A stretch of 64,000 nucleotides of DNA, taken from an uncultured bacterium. Lineage in GTDB: Bacteria; Eisenbacteria; RBG-16-71-46; CAZHEV01. Below, piece by piece: positions 28,195 through 37,891 of this stretch; position 1 is the stretch's first letter; each line of letters starts with the position of its first letter. The notes beneath the pieces were generated by a model that saw only the letters and a list, made by a program, of their open reading frames with translations, was not told the DNA's origin and made no database searches. The translations under genes and the position numbers were made by a program. The stretch lies in the NCBI GenBank assembly GCA_964531335.1, contig CAZHEV010000004.1:26958-90957 (forward strand), in the 5' to 3' direction.

Positions 28195-28938
28195 CTAGCT
28201 CCTCACGCCCAGGGCGGAAGCCACCTTTGGGTTGTCCCTGTCGAGCTTGTAGGCCCAGTGCCCGTTGTCGCGCTGGTACCTGGTGATGTAACCCATATCG
28301 GCGGCTTTGGAGACGAGCGCCTTGGCTTCCTCAGGGCTTGCCGCGGGGATCTCGCTGCTGCTCACGACGACGTCGACCAGGTACTTGAAGGCGAGAAACG
28401 GCCTGCTCCTCTCCAGCCCCTCGATCACGGCGATGAGCGTGTTCATCTTCTCCTCTTCCGTGAGGCGCTCGACGACGATCGGGTCGAAGTTCCCGCCCGC
28501 GCTCTTGATCAGATCGGTGCTCACCGTTCCGGGGACGCCGGAGATGATCACCTCTTTTCCGAAGCGGTTCCTGGCCATGGTGACGGCGCGAATGAAATCG
28601 CGGTCGCCCGTCATGAGCAGGTAGGTCTTTATGGCCGGCCTGTCGAGCAGCGTCTCCACTATGTCCATCAGCATCTCCATGTCGGAGCCGCTCTTCTTCT
28701 TCTCGGCTATCTGGTGCGCGGAGATGTTGATGTTGGTGACCCCGCAGATCTGCAGGTCCCTGAGAAGTCCCTCGGGGTGCTCGCTGAAATCGGCGTAGGC
28801 CCTGGCGACGGTCAGCTTGCCGTGGGCGCGGGCTTTTTCGACGAGAAGGGAGGCCTTTGGCTCGCAGTGATATGTGTTGAGCATGCTGTAGCGAACGTTC
28901 TCGAAATCGATGAAAAGGGAAACTTGATCGTCTGACAT
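28195..28938 (-). CDS. NYN (LabA/DUF88, PIN-like) ribonuclease with a C-terminal winged-helix-like domain
   Basis: LFIDFENV, ARAYADF, KSGSDMEMLMD, LLMTGDRDF. Confidence 0.85.
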   Translation of the reverse strand: MSDDQVSLFIDFENVRYSMLNTYHCEPKASLLVEKARAHGKLTVARAYADFSEHPEGLLRDLQICGVTNINISAHQIAEKKKSGSDMEMLMDIVETLLDRPAIKTYLLMTGDRDFIRAVTMARNRFGKEVIISGVPGTVSTDLIKSAGGNFDPIVVERLTEEEKMNTLIAVIEGLERSRPFLAFKYLVDVVVSSSEIPAASPEEAKALVSKAADMGYITRYQRDNGHWAYKLDRDNPKVASALGVRS

Positions 28939-29164
28939 GTTTTCTGTACCTCAATTAATAACAGAGACTTAGGTGCAAGAGTGATCATGAGTGCCGGCTC
29001 CGATAGCCTAAGGTGTCAGCTTTGGATGATAGCGGGCCCATTTAGGTCGCGAGGGCTCGCGCAGCGATCAGCTTGAAAATGTCTTGTCCTATAGGTCTTC
29101 ACCTCCTCCTTCGGCCCGCCCACGCGCGGCCGGGCGACCACGGACGTCACTGCCTCCCGCTTCG

Positions 29165-29194
29165 ATTGTGGCCTCAGAGGTGCCCGGGTGTCAA
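29165..29194 (-). promoter_or_regulatory. Possible sigma70 promoter TTGACA-N18-CACAAT for the NYN gene
   Basis: Minus-strand hexamers in the divergent intergenic region. Confidence 0.5.
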
Positions 29195-29292
29195 TCCGGG
29201 ATTTTCCCCGGCCGAACCTGGCCCCGGGGGCTGTATTTTTCGCGACACGCCCTAAGCTCAACGAATGTCGGCCCTTGGGGCAGCTTTTTCGC

Positions 29293-29320
29293 TTGACAGA
29301 GCGCCTGCGCGTGGTAGAGT
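29293..29320 (+). promoter_or_regulatory. Possible sigma70 promoter TTGACA-N16-TAGAGT (extended -10)
   Basis: Upstream of the PTS IIA gene. Confidence 0.55.
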
Positions 29321-29400
29321 GAATATCCAGTTTTTTGCATCAGTTCTCTGCGCTAAGGCTTCACACCCCTTAAGGCCGGATTTGCGGCGGGTCCATCCCA

Positions 29401-29865
29401 ATGAACGTCCTGGAAGTCCTCGATCAGAAGTGTGTCGCATTGGATCTCGAGATCAACGGGAAGAAGGAGCTGATCTCGAGTCTCGTGGCTATGCTCGAGG
29501 ATGCCGGGGTGGTTACGGACAGCGAAGAGGTGGTCCGGAGGGTGCTCGAGAGGGAGAAGCTCATGAGCACGGGGATTGGCGGTGGTGTCGCCATCCCGCA
29601 TGCTCAGTGCAGGGGCGCCAAGAAGCTGGCCATCGCTCTGGCGAGGACCAAGGAGGGCGTGGACTTCGACGCCCTGGACGGCAAGCCGGTCAGGCTCTTC
29701 TTCCTCATAGTGGGGCCTGAGGAGAAGGGCGGCTACGTAAGAATCCTGGCGCGGATCTCCCGACTGTTGTATACTGGCGATCTTCAGAAGAGTCTCTATC
29801 GCGTGGAGACGCCCGAGCAGGCGATAGAGACCCTTGGAAACGAGGAGGAAAGGCTCAATCTCTAG
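29401..29865 (+). CDS. PTS EIIA, fructose/nitrogen-regulatory (PtsN-like)
   Basis: REKLMSTGIGGGVAIPHA phospho-His motif, DFDALDGKPVRLFFL. Confidence 0.9.
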   Translation: MNVLEVLDQKCVALDLEINGKKELISSLVAMLEDAGVVTDSEEVVRRVLEREKLMSTGIGGGVAIPHAQCRGAKKLAIALARTKEGVDFDALDGKPVRLFFLIVGPEEKGGYVRILARISRLLYTGDLQKSLYRVETPEQAIETLGNEEERLNL

Positions 29866-30059
29866 GATGAGCCGTTCCCGCGGCCGGGCCGGCCGCTGGT
29901 GGGCCCTCTGTGTGCGCCTCGCGCCTTACCCGCCGATGCCGGCCTCCGTCGTCCGCGGTTGGAAGATGATGGGCAGGGAAGGGTGAACCGGCGGAGGTCT
30001 TGCCTGCAAGATCGCTTCCCACTTCTACAAGCTTCGAGGGAGTGGCCTTGAGCAGCCCT

Positions 30060-30560
30060 ATGACTACAGAGAGCGTGGTTTTTCTCGTGTTCGGCCTCGG
30101 CGCGATCGCCTTCGCGGTAGGGGCCGTGTCGCTGAGGAATATCTTCTACTGCGCGCTCTCCCTTATCGGACTTATCTTCTGCACGTCGGCTCTGTTCGTG
30201 CTTCTGGCCGCCGACTTCATCGCCGTGGTCCAGATTCTCGTCTACGTGGGCGCGATAGTGGTTCTGTTTCTCTTCTCCATCGTGCTTACCGAGAGGATAG
30301 CCTCGCGAGCGATCAGGCAGACCAACGAGCAGAAGTCGATCTCGGCGGTATTGGGCCTTGCGATGTTCGCGGTGACGGCCTATGTGATCTCCCGGGCGCA
30401 ATGGCCCAGCACCGTGGAGGTGAAGCTCGAAGAGACCGTGGATCTGGTTGGAAAGAATCTCCTGACAACTTACCTCGAGCCGTTCGAGGTGGCGTCTTTG
30501 TTGCTCCTCGCGGCCCTGGTGGGCGCGGTGGTCCTTGCGCGCGAGCAGGTCAAGAAATGA
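30060..30560 (+). CDS. nuoJ: NADH-quinone oxidoreductase subunit J (alternative start TTG 30048)
   Basis: ADFIAVVQILVYVGAIVVLFLF, PFEVASLLLLAALVGA. Confidence 0.93.
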   Translation: MTTESVVFLVFGLGAIAFAVGAVSLRNIFYCALSLIGLIFCTSALFVLLAADFIAVVQILVYVGAIVVLFLFSIVLTERIASRAIRQTNEQKSISAVLGLAMFAVTAYVISRAQWPSTVEVKLEETVDLVGKNLLTTYLEPFEVASLLLLAALVGAVVLAREQVKK

Positions 30561-30615
30561 GACCCGGCCCGCGGCGAGGCTGCATTGAAGGTGTCGGGGG
30601 GGAGGTCGAGCCGAG

Positions 30616-30924
30616 TTGATAACATTGACCAACTGTCTCCTTCTGGGAGGCGTGCTCTTCGCGGTGGGCGCCTTCGGGGTGCTCACTCGCAGGAACGCCA
30701 TAGGCATATTGATCTCGATAGAGGTGATGCTGGCTGCGGTCAACCTCAACCTGGTTGCCTTCAACAGGTTCGTCGGTTCGGGCGAGGTGAGCGGGCAGAT
30801 ATTCTCGATCTTCGTCATGACGGTGGCCGCCGCCGAGGCGGCGATAGGCCTGGCCTTGGTTCTGGCTCTCTACAAGAGCGCCAAGGCCATCTACGCGGAC
30901 CGCTTCAGCTTGCTGAAGTGGTGA
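30616..30924 (+). CDS. nuoK: NADH-quinone oxidoreductase subunit K
   Basis: RRNAI..LISIEVML, VAAAEAAIGLA. Confidence 0.95.
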   Translation: MITLTNCLLLGGVLFAVGAFGVLTRRNAIGILISIEVMLAAVNLNLVAFNRFVGSGEVSGQIFSIFVMTVAAAEAAIGLALVLALYKSAKAIYADRFSLLKW

Positions 30925-30980
30925 TCGCCGAGGCCCGGAGGCCGCAATGAAGGACGGTTCGATAATGATGGGGCCCTCGA

Positions 30981-32906
30981 ATGCACATTGAGACAGCACT
31001 CGCTCTGGCTATAATCGCGCTTCCTCTCTTGTCCTTCGCGATCTCCATCCTTTTCGGACGGAGGTTGCCGTGGAAAGGCGCGTTCGTGCCCATAGTAGCG
31101 ATGGGCATTGATCTCGTGCTGGCGGTTTTCCTTCTGGCCCGCGTCATAGGCGGCTTTCACGAGACGGCCCACCTCAGGTGGTTCGGCATAGGCGACCTCG
31201 ACGTCACCTTCAGCGTCACACTGGACCCTCTGGCCGCCGTGATGTTGTGCGTGGTGACGCTGATAAGTTTTCTCGTTCATGTCTACTCCACGGGCTACAT
31301 GCACGGGGATCCCAGGTTCTCGCGCTACTTCGCCTTCCTGTCGCTCTTCTCGTTCTCCATGCTGGGGCTGGTCCTGGCCGCCAACTTCTTCGTGATATTC
31401 ATCTTCTGGGAGCTCGTCGGTCTCAGCTCGTACCTGTTGATCGGCTTCTGGTTCGAGAAGAAGAGCGCCTCGGACGCCGGGAAGAAGGCCTTCATAACGA
31501 CCAGGACCGGCGACCTGGGCTTCATGGTCGGCGTCTTCATAATCTACAGCGTGACCGGAAGCTTCGCGTTCCACGACGCGTTCGAGGCGGTGAGGGAGGG
31601 CGTGCTCGCCGGCCCTCTTCTGACCGCCGCGGCGATCTGCATCTTCTGCGGGGCGGTCGGCAAGTCGGCGCAGTTCCCGCTCCACGTCTGGCTGCCGGAC
31701 GCCATGGAGGGGCCGACGCCTGTCAGCGCGCTCATCCACGCTGCGACGATGGTCGCCGCCGGGGTGTATCTGGTCGCGCGGACCTCTACTATCTTCATCG
31801 CCAGTGACGCCGGCGCCCTGACCGTGGCGGTGATAGGCGGGTGGACCGCCTTCTTCGCCGCCACCATCGCCTGTACCCAGTACGACATAAAGAGGGTCCT
31901 CGCGTACTCGACGCTGAGCCAGCTCGGGTTCATGATGCTGGCCCTCGGGGTGGGCGGCTACGGAGCGGGCATGTTTCACCTTTCCACGCACGCCTGCTTC
32001 AAGGCGCTGCTGTTCCTCGGGGCGGGGAGCGTCATTCACGCCGTTCACACGCAGGACATAAGGGAGATGGGCGGACTGCGCAAGACCATGCCCGTCACCA
32101 CCGTCACCTTCTTGATCGGGTCCCTGGCCCTGGCGGGAATACCCCCGCTGAGCGGCTTCTGGAGCAAGGACGAGATTTTGCTGCACGTCAAGCACGACGG
32201 GCCTTTCATACTCTACCTGCTGGCCTCCGCCGCGGCTTTCATGACCGCTTTCTACATGGCGCGGCTGTGCTACCTTACTTTCTTCGGCGAGCCCAGAGCC
32301 AAGGGAAAGGCGCACGAGTCGCCGCGCAGCATGACCGTGCCGCTCATAGTGCTCGCCGTCTTCTCCGTGGCCATAGGCTGGGTGAACGTGCCGCACGTCT
32401 TCGAGGGCTTTTCGAGCTTCGTGCACTTCGAGGGGGCCCACCATCTGAGCTTCAGCCCCTGGGTCGCGATAATATCCACGGTCATCGCCTTGGCAGGAGT
32501 GCTGTTGGGAACGGCGATGTACTTCTGGAGGTCCATACCCGTCGACTTCCTTTCGAGCCGCTTCCCGGCGGTTTACAGGCTGCTGTACAACAAGTGGTAC
32601 GTGGACGAGATCTACGGGGCCGCGATCATAAGGCCGTTGCTGGCGCTCACCAGGGGACTCTTCCGTTTCGATCTCGGGGTGATAGACGGCGCGGTCAACG
32701 GGACCGCATGGCTGACCGTGGTCTTGAGCAAGATAAAGAGATGGATAGACGACTATATAGTGGACGGCGCCGTCAACGGCGTCGGCAGGCTCACGGACCT
32801 CGGGGGCCGTGGGTTGAGGAGGATGCAGACCGGGCACGTCCAGGAGTACGCGCTGGCCATTCTGCTGGGGGCCGTGACCATGGCGATCCTGGCCTTGTTC
32901 GTCTAG
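30981..32906 (+). CDS. nuoL: NADH-quinone oxidoreductase subunit L
   Basis: KSAQFPLHVWLPDAMEGPTPVSALIHAATMV; C-terminal lateral helix. Confidence 0.97.
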   Translation: MHIETALALAIIALPLLSFAISILFGRRLPWKGAFVPIVAMGIDLVLAVFLLARVIGGFHETAHLRWFGIGDLDVTFSVTLDPLAAVMLCVVTLISFLVHVYSTGYMHGDPRFSRYFAFLSLFSFSMLGLVLAANFFVIFIFWELVGLSSYLLIGFWFEKKSASDAGKKAFITTRTGDLGFMVGVFIIYSVTGSFAFHDAFEAVREGVLAGPLLTAAAICIFCGAVGKSAQFPLHVWLPDAMEGPTPVSALIHAATMVAAGVYLVARTSTIFIASDAGALTVAVIGGWTAFFAATIACTQYDIKRVLAYSTLSQLGFMMLALGVGGYGAGMFHLSTHACFKALLFLGAGSVIHAVHTQDIREMGGLRKTMPVTTVTFLIGSLALAGIPPLSGFWSKDEILLHVKHDGPFILYLLASAAAFMTAFYMARLCYLTFFGEPRAKGKAHESPRSMTVPLIVLAVFSVAIGWVNVPHVFEGFSSFVHFEGAHHLSFSPWVAIISTVIALAGVLLGTAMYFWRSIPVDFLSSRFPAVYRLLYNKWYVDEIYGAAIIRPLLALTRGLFRFDLGVIDGAVNGTAWLTVVLSKIKRWIDDYIVDGAVNGVGRLTDLGGRGLRRMQTGHVQEYALAILLGAVTMAILALFV

Positions 32907-32989
32907 ATCGTGAACGCTCGGGCGCTCCGGAGGCAGCCCCGCTTCCGGCCGAGCGCGCGTGTTCGTAGCCGCCGTCGCGTGCGGCGCCA

Positions 32990-34471
32990 TTGATGGAGGG
33001 GTGGATGAATTTCCCGTTACTGACGCTGATAACGTTCATTCCGTTGATCGGGATGGTGTGGGTACTGCTCACCGACAAGGCCCGCGAGTGGAGGATGAAG
33101 ACGATCGCCACGGTGTTCAGCGGCATCACCTTCCTCTTCACCTTGTACCTGGTGTTCGCGTTCGACAAGACCACGAGCGGCCTTCAGTTCGTCGAGCGCT
33201 ACGACTGGATCCCGCCGATAAACGTCCACTACTTCATGGGCGTCGACGGGCTGAGCATAACAATGGTCCTGCTCACCTCCCTCCTGTCGTTCCTGGCCAT
33301 AATCGGTTCCTACGGGATAAAGGACAGGGTCAAGCAGTACTTCGCCCTGTTCCTTCTGTTGCAGACCGCGATGATGGGCGTGTTCGTCGCGCTCGACTTC
33401 TTCCTGTTCTACGTTTTCTGGGAAGCGATGCTCGTTCCGATGTACTTCCTGATCGGGATCTGGGGCGGGCCGCGAAGGGAGTACGCGGCGATAAAGTTCT
33501 TCCTGTACACGCTCCTGGGCAGCGTCGCCATGCTGCTCGGTATCCTGGCCCTGTACTTCGGCAGCGACCCTCATACTTTCGACATGATCAAGCTGAGCGA
33601 GGGCGGCGGCTTCGGCTTCAGGTTCCAGGCCGTGGTCTTCCTCGCGCTGTTCCTCGGGTTCGCCATCAAGGTCCCGGTGTTCCCGTTCCACACCTGGTTG
33701 CCCGACGCGCACGTGGAGGCCCCGACGGCGATCAGCGTCATCCTCGCCGGCGTCCTCCTCAAGATGGGCACCTACGGGATCCTCAGAATCAGCTATCCGA
33801 TCCTTCCCGAGGCCGCCAAGTGGTTCGCCGTGCCCCTGGCCGTGCTGGCGGTGATAAATATCATATACGGCGCCCTGGTGGCGATGGCCCAATCCGACTT
33901 GAAGAAGCTCGTGGCCTATTCCAGCGTCAGTCACATGGGGTACGTGTTGCTGGGCATGGCGGCCATGACGCCGGTGGGAATAAACGGCGCCATACTCCAG
34001 ATGTTCACTCACGGCGTGATAACCGGGGCGCTCTTCCTCCTGGTGGGGGTGCTCTATGACAGGGCCCATACCAGGGAGATAGACGCCTTCGGCGGACTGG
34101 CGTCGAAGCTGCCCGTGTACACGGGCGTAATGAGCCTGGCCGTGTTCGCCTCCCTGGGTCTTCCCGGGCTGGCCGGGTTCGTGAGCGAGTTCATGGTCTT
34201 CGTGGGCTCGTACACGGTCTTCAAGACGGCGGTCATAATAGCCGTGGTCGGAGTCGTGCTGACGGCGGCCTACCTGTTGTGGACGCTTCAGCGGATGTTC
34301 CTGGGGGCGTTGAACGAGAAGCACGCGGGGTATCCCGACATGACTCTGCGCGAGCACGTCACGCTTGTGCCGCTCTGCGCGATAATGCTCTTCGTGGGCC
34401 TCTATCCGAAGCCGATCATCGATCTGATGAACACGACTCTTACGGCGCTTTCGCGGATGATGACCGGCTAG
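32990..34471 (+). CDS. nuoM: NADH-quinone oxidoreductase subunit M
   Basis: FWEAMLVPMY, KVPVFPFHTWLPDAHVEAPT, LLKMG. Confidence 0.97.
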   Translation: MMEGWMNFPLLTLITFIPLIGMVWVLLTDKAREWRMKTIATVFSGITFLFTLYLVFAFDKTTSGLQFVERYDWIPPINVHYFMGVDGLSITMVLLTSLLSFLAIIGSYGIKDRVKQYFALFLLLQTAMMGVFVALDFFLFYVFWEAMLVPMYFLIGIWGGPRREYAAIKFFLYTLLGSVAMLLGILALYFGSDPHTFDMIKLSEGGGFGFRFQAVVFLALFLGFAIKVPVFPFHTWLPDAHVEAPTAISVILAGVLLKMGTYGILRISYPILPEAAKWFAVPLAVLAVINIIYGALVAMAQSDLKKLVAYSSVSHMGYVLLGMAAMTPVGINGAILQMFTHGVITGALFLLVGVLYDRAHTREIDAFGGLASKLPVYTGVMSLAVFASLGLPGLAGFVSEFMVFVGSYTVFKTAVIIAVVGVVLTAAYLLWTLQRMFLGALNEKHAGYPDMTLREHVTLVPLCAIMLFVGLYPKPIIDLMNTTLTALSRMMTG

Positions 34472-34522
34472 AGGGCCCCGCCGGGCGCCCGGCCGTGGGC
34501 CGGAAAACCGAACGGACGGACT

Positions 34523-35983
34523 ATGGAGTTTCCGGAAGTAAACTACACGCTTATCGCTCCCGAGATCATTGTGGCCGCGACCGCGCTGGTCCTGCTGGTG
34601 TGGGATTTCATATCGAAGGACACGAAGAGGCCCTTGTGGTGGGCCGCGCTGGCCGGGCTGGCGGCGGCGATCGCCTGGACCGCGATCAACATGGGCCAGA
34701 AGGGATCTACGCTGGGCGGGATGTTCGTGGGCGACCCTTTCGCCTCGTTCTTCAAGCTCGTTCTGCTCACCACCAGTTTCATGGTCGTCCTGACGTCGGG
34801 TGACAGCAGGCGCATGGCCAAGGGCGCCCTCGGCGAGTTCTACGCCCTTCTCCTGCTGGCCACCTTCGGCTATATGCTGATGGCCTCGTCCGCGGACATG
34901 GTGATGATCTTCGTGGCCATCGAGATGGGGTCCATTCCCAGCTATGCTCTCGCCGCCTTCGCCAGGGAGGACCGCGCCTCAATAGAGGCCGGCCTCAAGT
35001 ACTTCATCCTGGGGACCGTCTCTTCGGCGATCATGCTCTACGGGATGTCGTTCCTGTACGGGATCAGCGGGTCCACTTCCGTGGCGGCCGTGGCGGCGGC
35101 CCTGTCCTCCGGCCAGGCCTCGTTCGGAGTCGCCGTCGTGGGCATGCTGCTCGTGCTGGTAGGCTTCGCGTTCAAGATGACCGTGGTCCCGTTCCACATG
35201 TGGGTCCCGGACACCTATCAGGGCGCCCCGACCCCGGTCACGGCTTACTTCTCGGTGGTCTCCAAGACCGCCGGGCTCGCCCTTCTAATCAGAGTGCTGG
35301 TTTCGCTTCAAGACGCGTTCGTGTCCCTGGCCGTGGACTGGAGGGCCCTCTTTGTCATCCTGTCGGCCATAACCATGATCCTGGGCACCGTCGTCGGCGT
35401 CGTCCAGACGAACGTGAAGAGGCTCCTGGCTTACTCCAGCATCGCGCACGTGGGTTACATGTTCATCGGCGTCGCGGTGGGCACAAGCGAGGGTTTCGAG
35501 AGCGTAATTGTTTATCTCATAACATATATATTTATGACCGTGGGCGCGTTCCTCGTCGTCACCGCCGTGTCGAAAGTGACCGGAGGCGACGACCTCGAGC
35601 ATTTCACGAACCTGCAGGCGAGGGCTCCGCTGCTGGCGGTTACCATGGCGATATTCCTTCTGTCGCTGGCGGGCATACCTCCTCTCGCCGGATTCATCGG
35701 AAAGTTCAAAGTGTTCGCGGCCGCGATCGAGGAGGGAAGCGCCCCTTCGCTCGCGCTGGCCGTAATCGGGATCCTGACCAGCGTTGTGAGCCTCTTCTTC
35801 TACTGCAAGGTCCTCCGGGTCATGTACCTTGTCAAGGAGGAGCCGGGCCTGGGAACCATCAAGGTCTCCCTCCCCATGCGGGCGGCGGTTGTGACCTCCG
35901 CCGTCTTCACTGTGCTAATCTGTATATATCCGGCCCCCTTCCTTCGCCTGGCGGAGGCCTCCACCATTATGTGGCCCCTCTAG
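34523..35983 (+). CDS. nuoN: NADH-quinone oxidoreductase subunit N
   Basis: EAGLKYF, PFHMWVPDTYQGAP, KRLLAYSSIAH, SLAGIPPLAGFIGK. Confidence 0.96.
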   Translation: MEFPEVNYTLIAPEIIVAATALVLLVWDFISKDTKRPLWWAALAGLAAAIAWTAINMGQKGSTLGGMFVGDPFASFFKLVLLTTSFMVVLTSGDSRRMAKGALGEFYALLLLATFGYMLMASSADMVMIFVAIEMGSIPSYALAAFAREDRASIEAGLKYFILGTVSSAIMLYGMSFLYGISGSTSVAAVAAALSSGQASFGVAVVGMLLVLVGFAFKMTVVPFHMWVPDTYQGAPTPVTAYFSVVSKTAGLALLIRVLVSLQDAFVSLAVDWRALFVILSAITMILGTVVGVVQTNVKRLLAYSSIAHVGYMFIGVAVGTSEGFESVIVYLITYIFMTVGAFLVVTAVSKVTGGDDLEHFTNLQARAPLLAVTMAIFLLSLAGIPPLAGFIGKFKVFAAAIEEGSAPSLALAVIGILTSVVSLFFYCKVLRVMYLVKEEPGLGTIKVSLPMRAAVVTSAVFTVLICIYPAPFLRLAEASTIMWPL

Positions 35984-36074
35984 GGCCCTCCTCGACGGTC
36001 TGCCGGGCGCGGAAGGGCGATCGGCCCCGGCTCTTTTTCCCGCCGGCGCCGCGCGGCGGCGCCGCGGGCGGGGG

Positions 36075-37409
36075 GTGAAACTAGTACGCATGGAAGTGGT
36101 GTTGGTGGGGCTCAGCTACAGGACGGCCCCGGTCTCCATACTCGAGAAGACCTCGGTTCCGTCGGACCGCTACGCCGAGGTGCTGAAGGACCTGCTGGAT
36201 AAGGCCCGGTTGAGCGAGGTCGTGGGCCTGTTCACGTGCAACCGGAGCGAGTTCTACGCGGCGGCCCCCGACCGCTTCGAGGCGATCGCCGGAATCACCG
36301 AGTTCATCGAGAGGCTGAGCGGTACGCCCGCAGAGGAGTTGGACGGAAGGCTCTACAAGCTCGGCGGCGCAAAGGCGGCGCGGCACCTGATGGGCGTGGC
36401 TTCCAGCCTGGACTCCATGGTGCTCGGAGAGACTCAGATACAATCGCAGGTCAAGGACGCGATGCTCCGGGCCGCCGCGGCCGAGACGGCCGGGCCCGTT
36501 CTTCAGAGGCTCTTCAACTCGGCGCTCAACGCGGGCAAGAAGGTCAGGAGCCGGACCGCCCTCGGCGAGCTGACCGTCTCGATAAGCTCCACCGCGGTCG
36601 AGCTGGCGGGAAAGGCTTTCGGCGGCCTGAGGGGGCACAGCGCGCTTGTGGTCGGCGCGGGCGAGACGGCGGAGCTGGCCATGCCGCATCTGAAATCCGG
36701 CGGCGTCGATCCGATGTACGTAGCCAGCAGGACCACCGCGCGCGCCGAGAAGCTGGCCGGCAAGTACGAGGCCCGGCCTATCGCGTTCAACGCAATCGCC
36801 GAGGCGCTGGCGGGAGCGGATATAGTCCTCATTGCGACGAGCGCGCCTCACTACGTTATCCACTGGCCGGAGATCGAGGAGGCGATGTACCGCCGCCGCA
36901 ACAGACCGATGTTCATTCTGGACATGTCCGTGCCCAGGAACGTGGAGCCGGTGGTCGGAGATATCCAGAACGTCCACCTTTGCAACATAGACGATCTGGA
37001 GGAGATAGCGGCCCTGAACAGGCGCCGCCGCTCCCAGGCAGTGGGCGCGGCGCTGGAGCTGGTGCGGAAGGAGGCGACCGAGTTCGAACGATGGATGAGG
37101 GGGCTCGAGGTCGTCCCCACGCTTGTGTCTCTCAGAGAGAAGGTCGATGGCATCAAGGCGGAGGAGGAGGCGAAGCTGCTCAAGAAGCTGGACCATCTTT
37201 CGCAGAGGGACAGAGAGGCGATAAAGCGGTTCGGCGACTCTCTGGTGAAGAAGATCCTCCATGAGCCGAGCGTCCGCCTCAGGCAAGGCCGTGACCCACA
37301 GATGAGAGCGAAGCTGATGGAGTCGGTGAGGACGCTGTTCGACCTGAAGGCCAAGGATGGGGCAGGCCGGGACGGCGGAGACAGCGAAACCCGCGGGGGT
37401 GACGAGTGA
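36075..37409 (+). CDS. hemA: Glutamyl-tRNA reductase
   Basis: TCNRSEFY, LDSMVLGETQI, VGAGE, DMSVPRNV; start may be ATG 36090. Confidence 0.95.
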   Translation: MKLVRMEVVLVGLSYRTAPVSILEKTSVPSDRYAEVLKDLLDKARLSEVVGLFTCNRSEFYAAAPDRFEAIAGITEFIERLSGTPAEELDGRLYKLGGAKAARHLMGVASSLDSMVLGETQIQSQVKDAMLRAAAAETAGPVLQRLFNSALNAGKKVRSRTALGELTVSISSTAVELAGKAFGGLRGHSALVVGAGETAELAMPHLKSGGVDPMYVASRTTARAEKLAGKYEARPIAFNAIAEALAGADIVLIATSAPHYVIHWPEIEEAMYRRRNRPMFILDMSVPRNVEPVVGDIQNVHLCNIDDLEEIAALNRRRRSQAVGAALELVRKEATEFERWMRGLEVVPTLVSLREKVDGIKAEEEAKLLKKLDHLSQRDREAIKRFGDSLVKKILHEPSVRLRQGRDPQMRAKLMESVRTLFDLKAKDGAGRDGGDSETRGGDE

Positions 37410-37813
37410 GCGGCGGAACGCGCGCCGGGGGGATGATCTTCCGCTGGGGGCCGGTGGCGATCTATGTGCTGCTGATATTCTACCTGTCCTCCTTGAGCGA
37501 TCCCCCAGGGGCGCCGAGAGTGCCCCACTTCGACAAGTTGGTCCATCTCGCGGAGTACGCGGTGCTGGGGTTTCTGATAGGAAGGGCCCTGGGTCTCACC
37601 GGGAAGCGCGACAGGTACCTCGTGTTCCTGGCGATCTCGGCGGGGATCGGAGCGGGTGTGGCTCTGGCGGACGAGCTCTACCAGAGTACGGTCTCAGGCA
37701 GAGACGCCAGCCCACTGGATTTCCTGGCGAACCTCGCGGGGCTGTCCCTTTCCCTGGTCCTGCTGAGGGCGTTGGCCGCCCGCAGGGGAGGGGAGGCAAC
37801 CTCGACGGAATAG
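37406..37813 (+). CDS. VanZ-family membrane protein
   Basis: IFYLSS, DKLVHLAEYAVLG, DELYQS.V.GR. Confidence 0.85.
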   Translation: MSGGTRAGGMIFRWGPVAIYVLLIFYLSSLSDPPGAPRVPHFDKLVHLAEYAVLGFLIGRALGLTGKRDRYLVFLAISAGIGAGVALADELYQSTVSGRDASPLDFLANLAGLSLSLVLLRALAARRGGEATSTE

Positions 37814-37861
37814 CAACCCCATGCGGCACAATAGGTTGAGGTGAGATTTGCTTGAAATCTC

Positions 37862-37891
37862 TTGACACCCGAAGCGAGGCGATGATAGCCT
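37862..37891 (+). promoter_or_regulatory. Possible sigma70 promoter TTGACA-N18-TAGCCT
   Basis: At the start of the 350-nt spacer before phoH. Confidence 0.5.

Noticed and set aside
36069-36090. tmRNA 5' end (GGGGGTGAAA)
   Set aside because: Not followed by GGATTCGAC; this is the hemA start region
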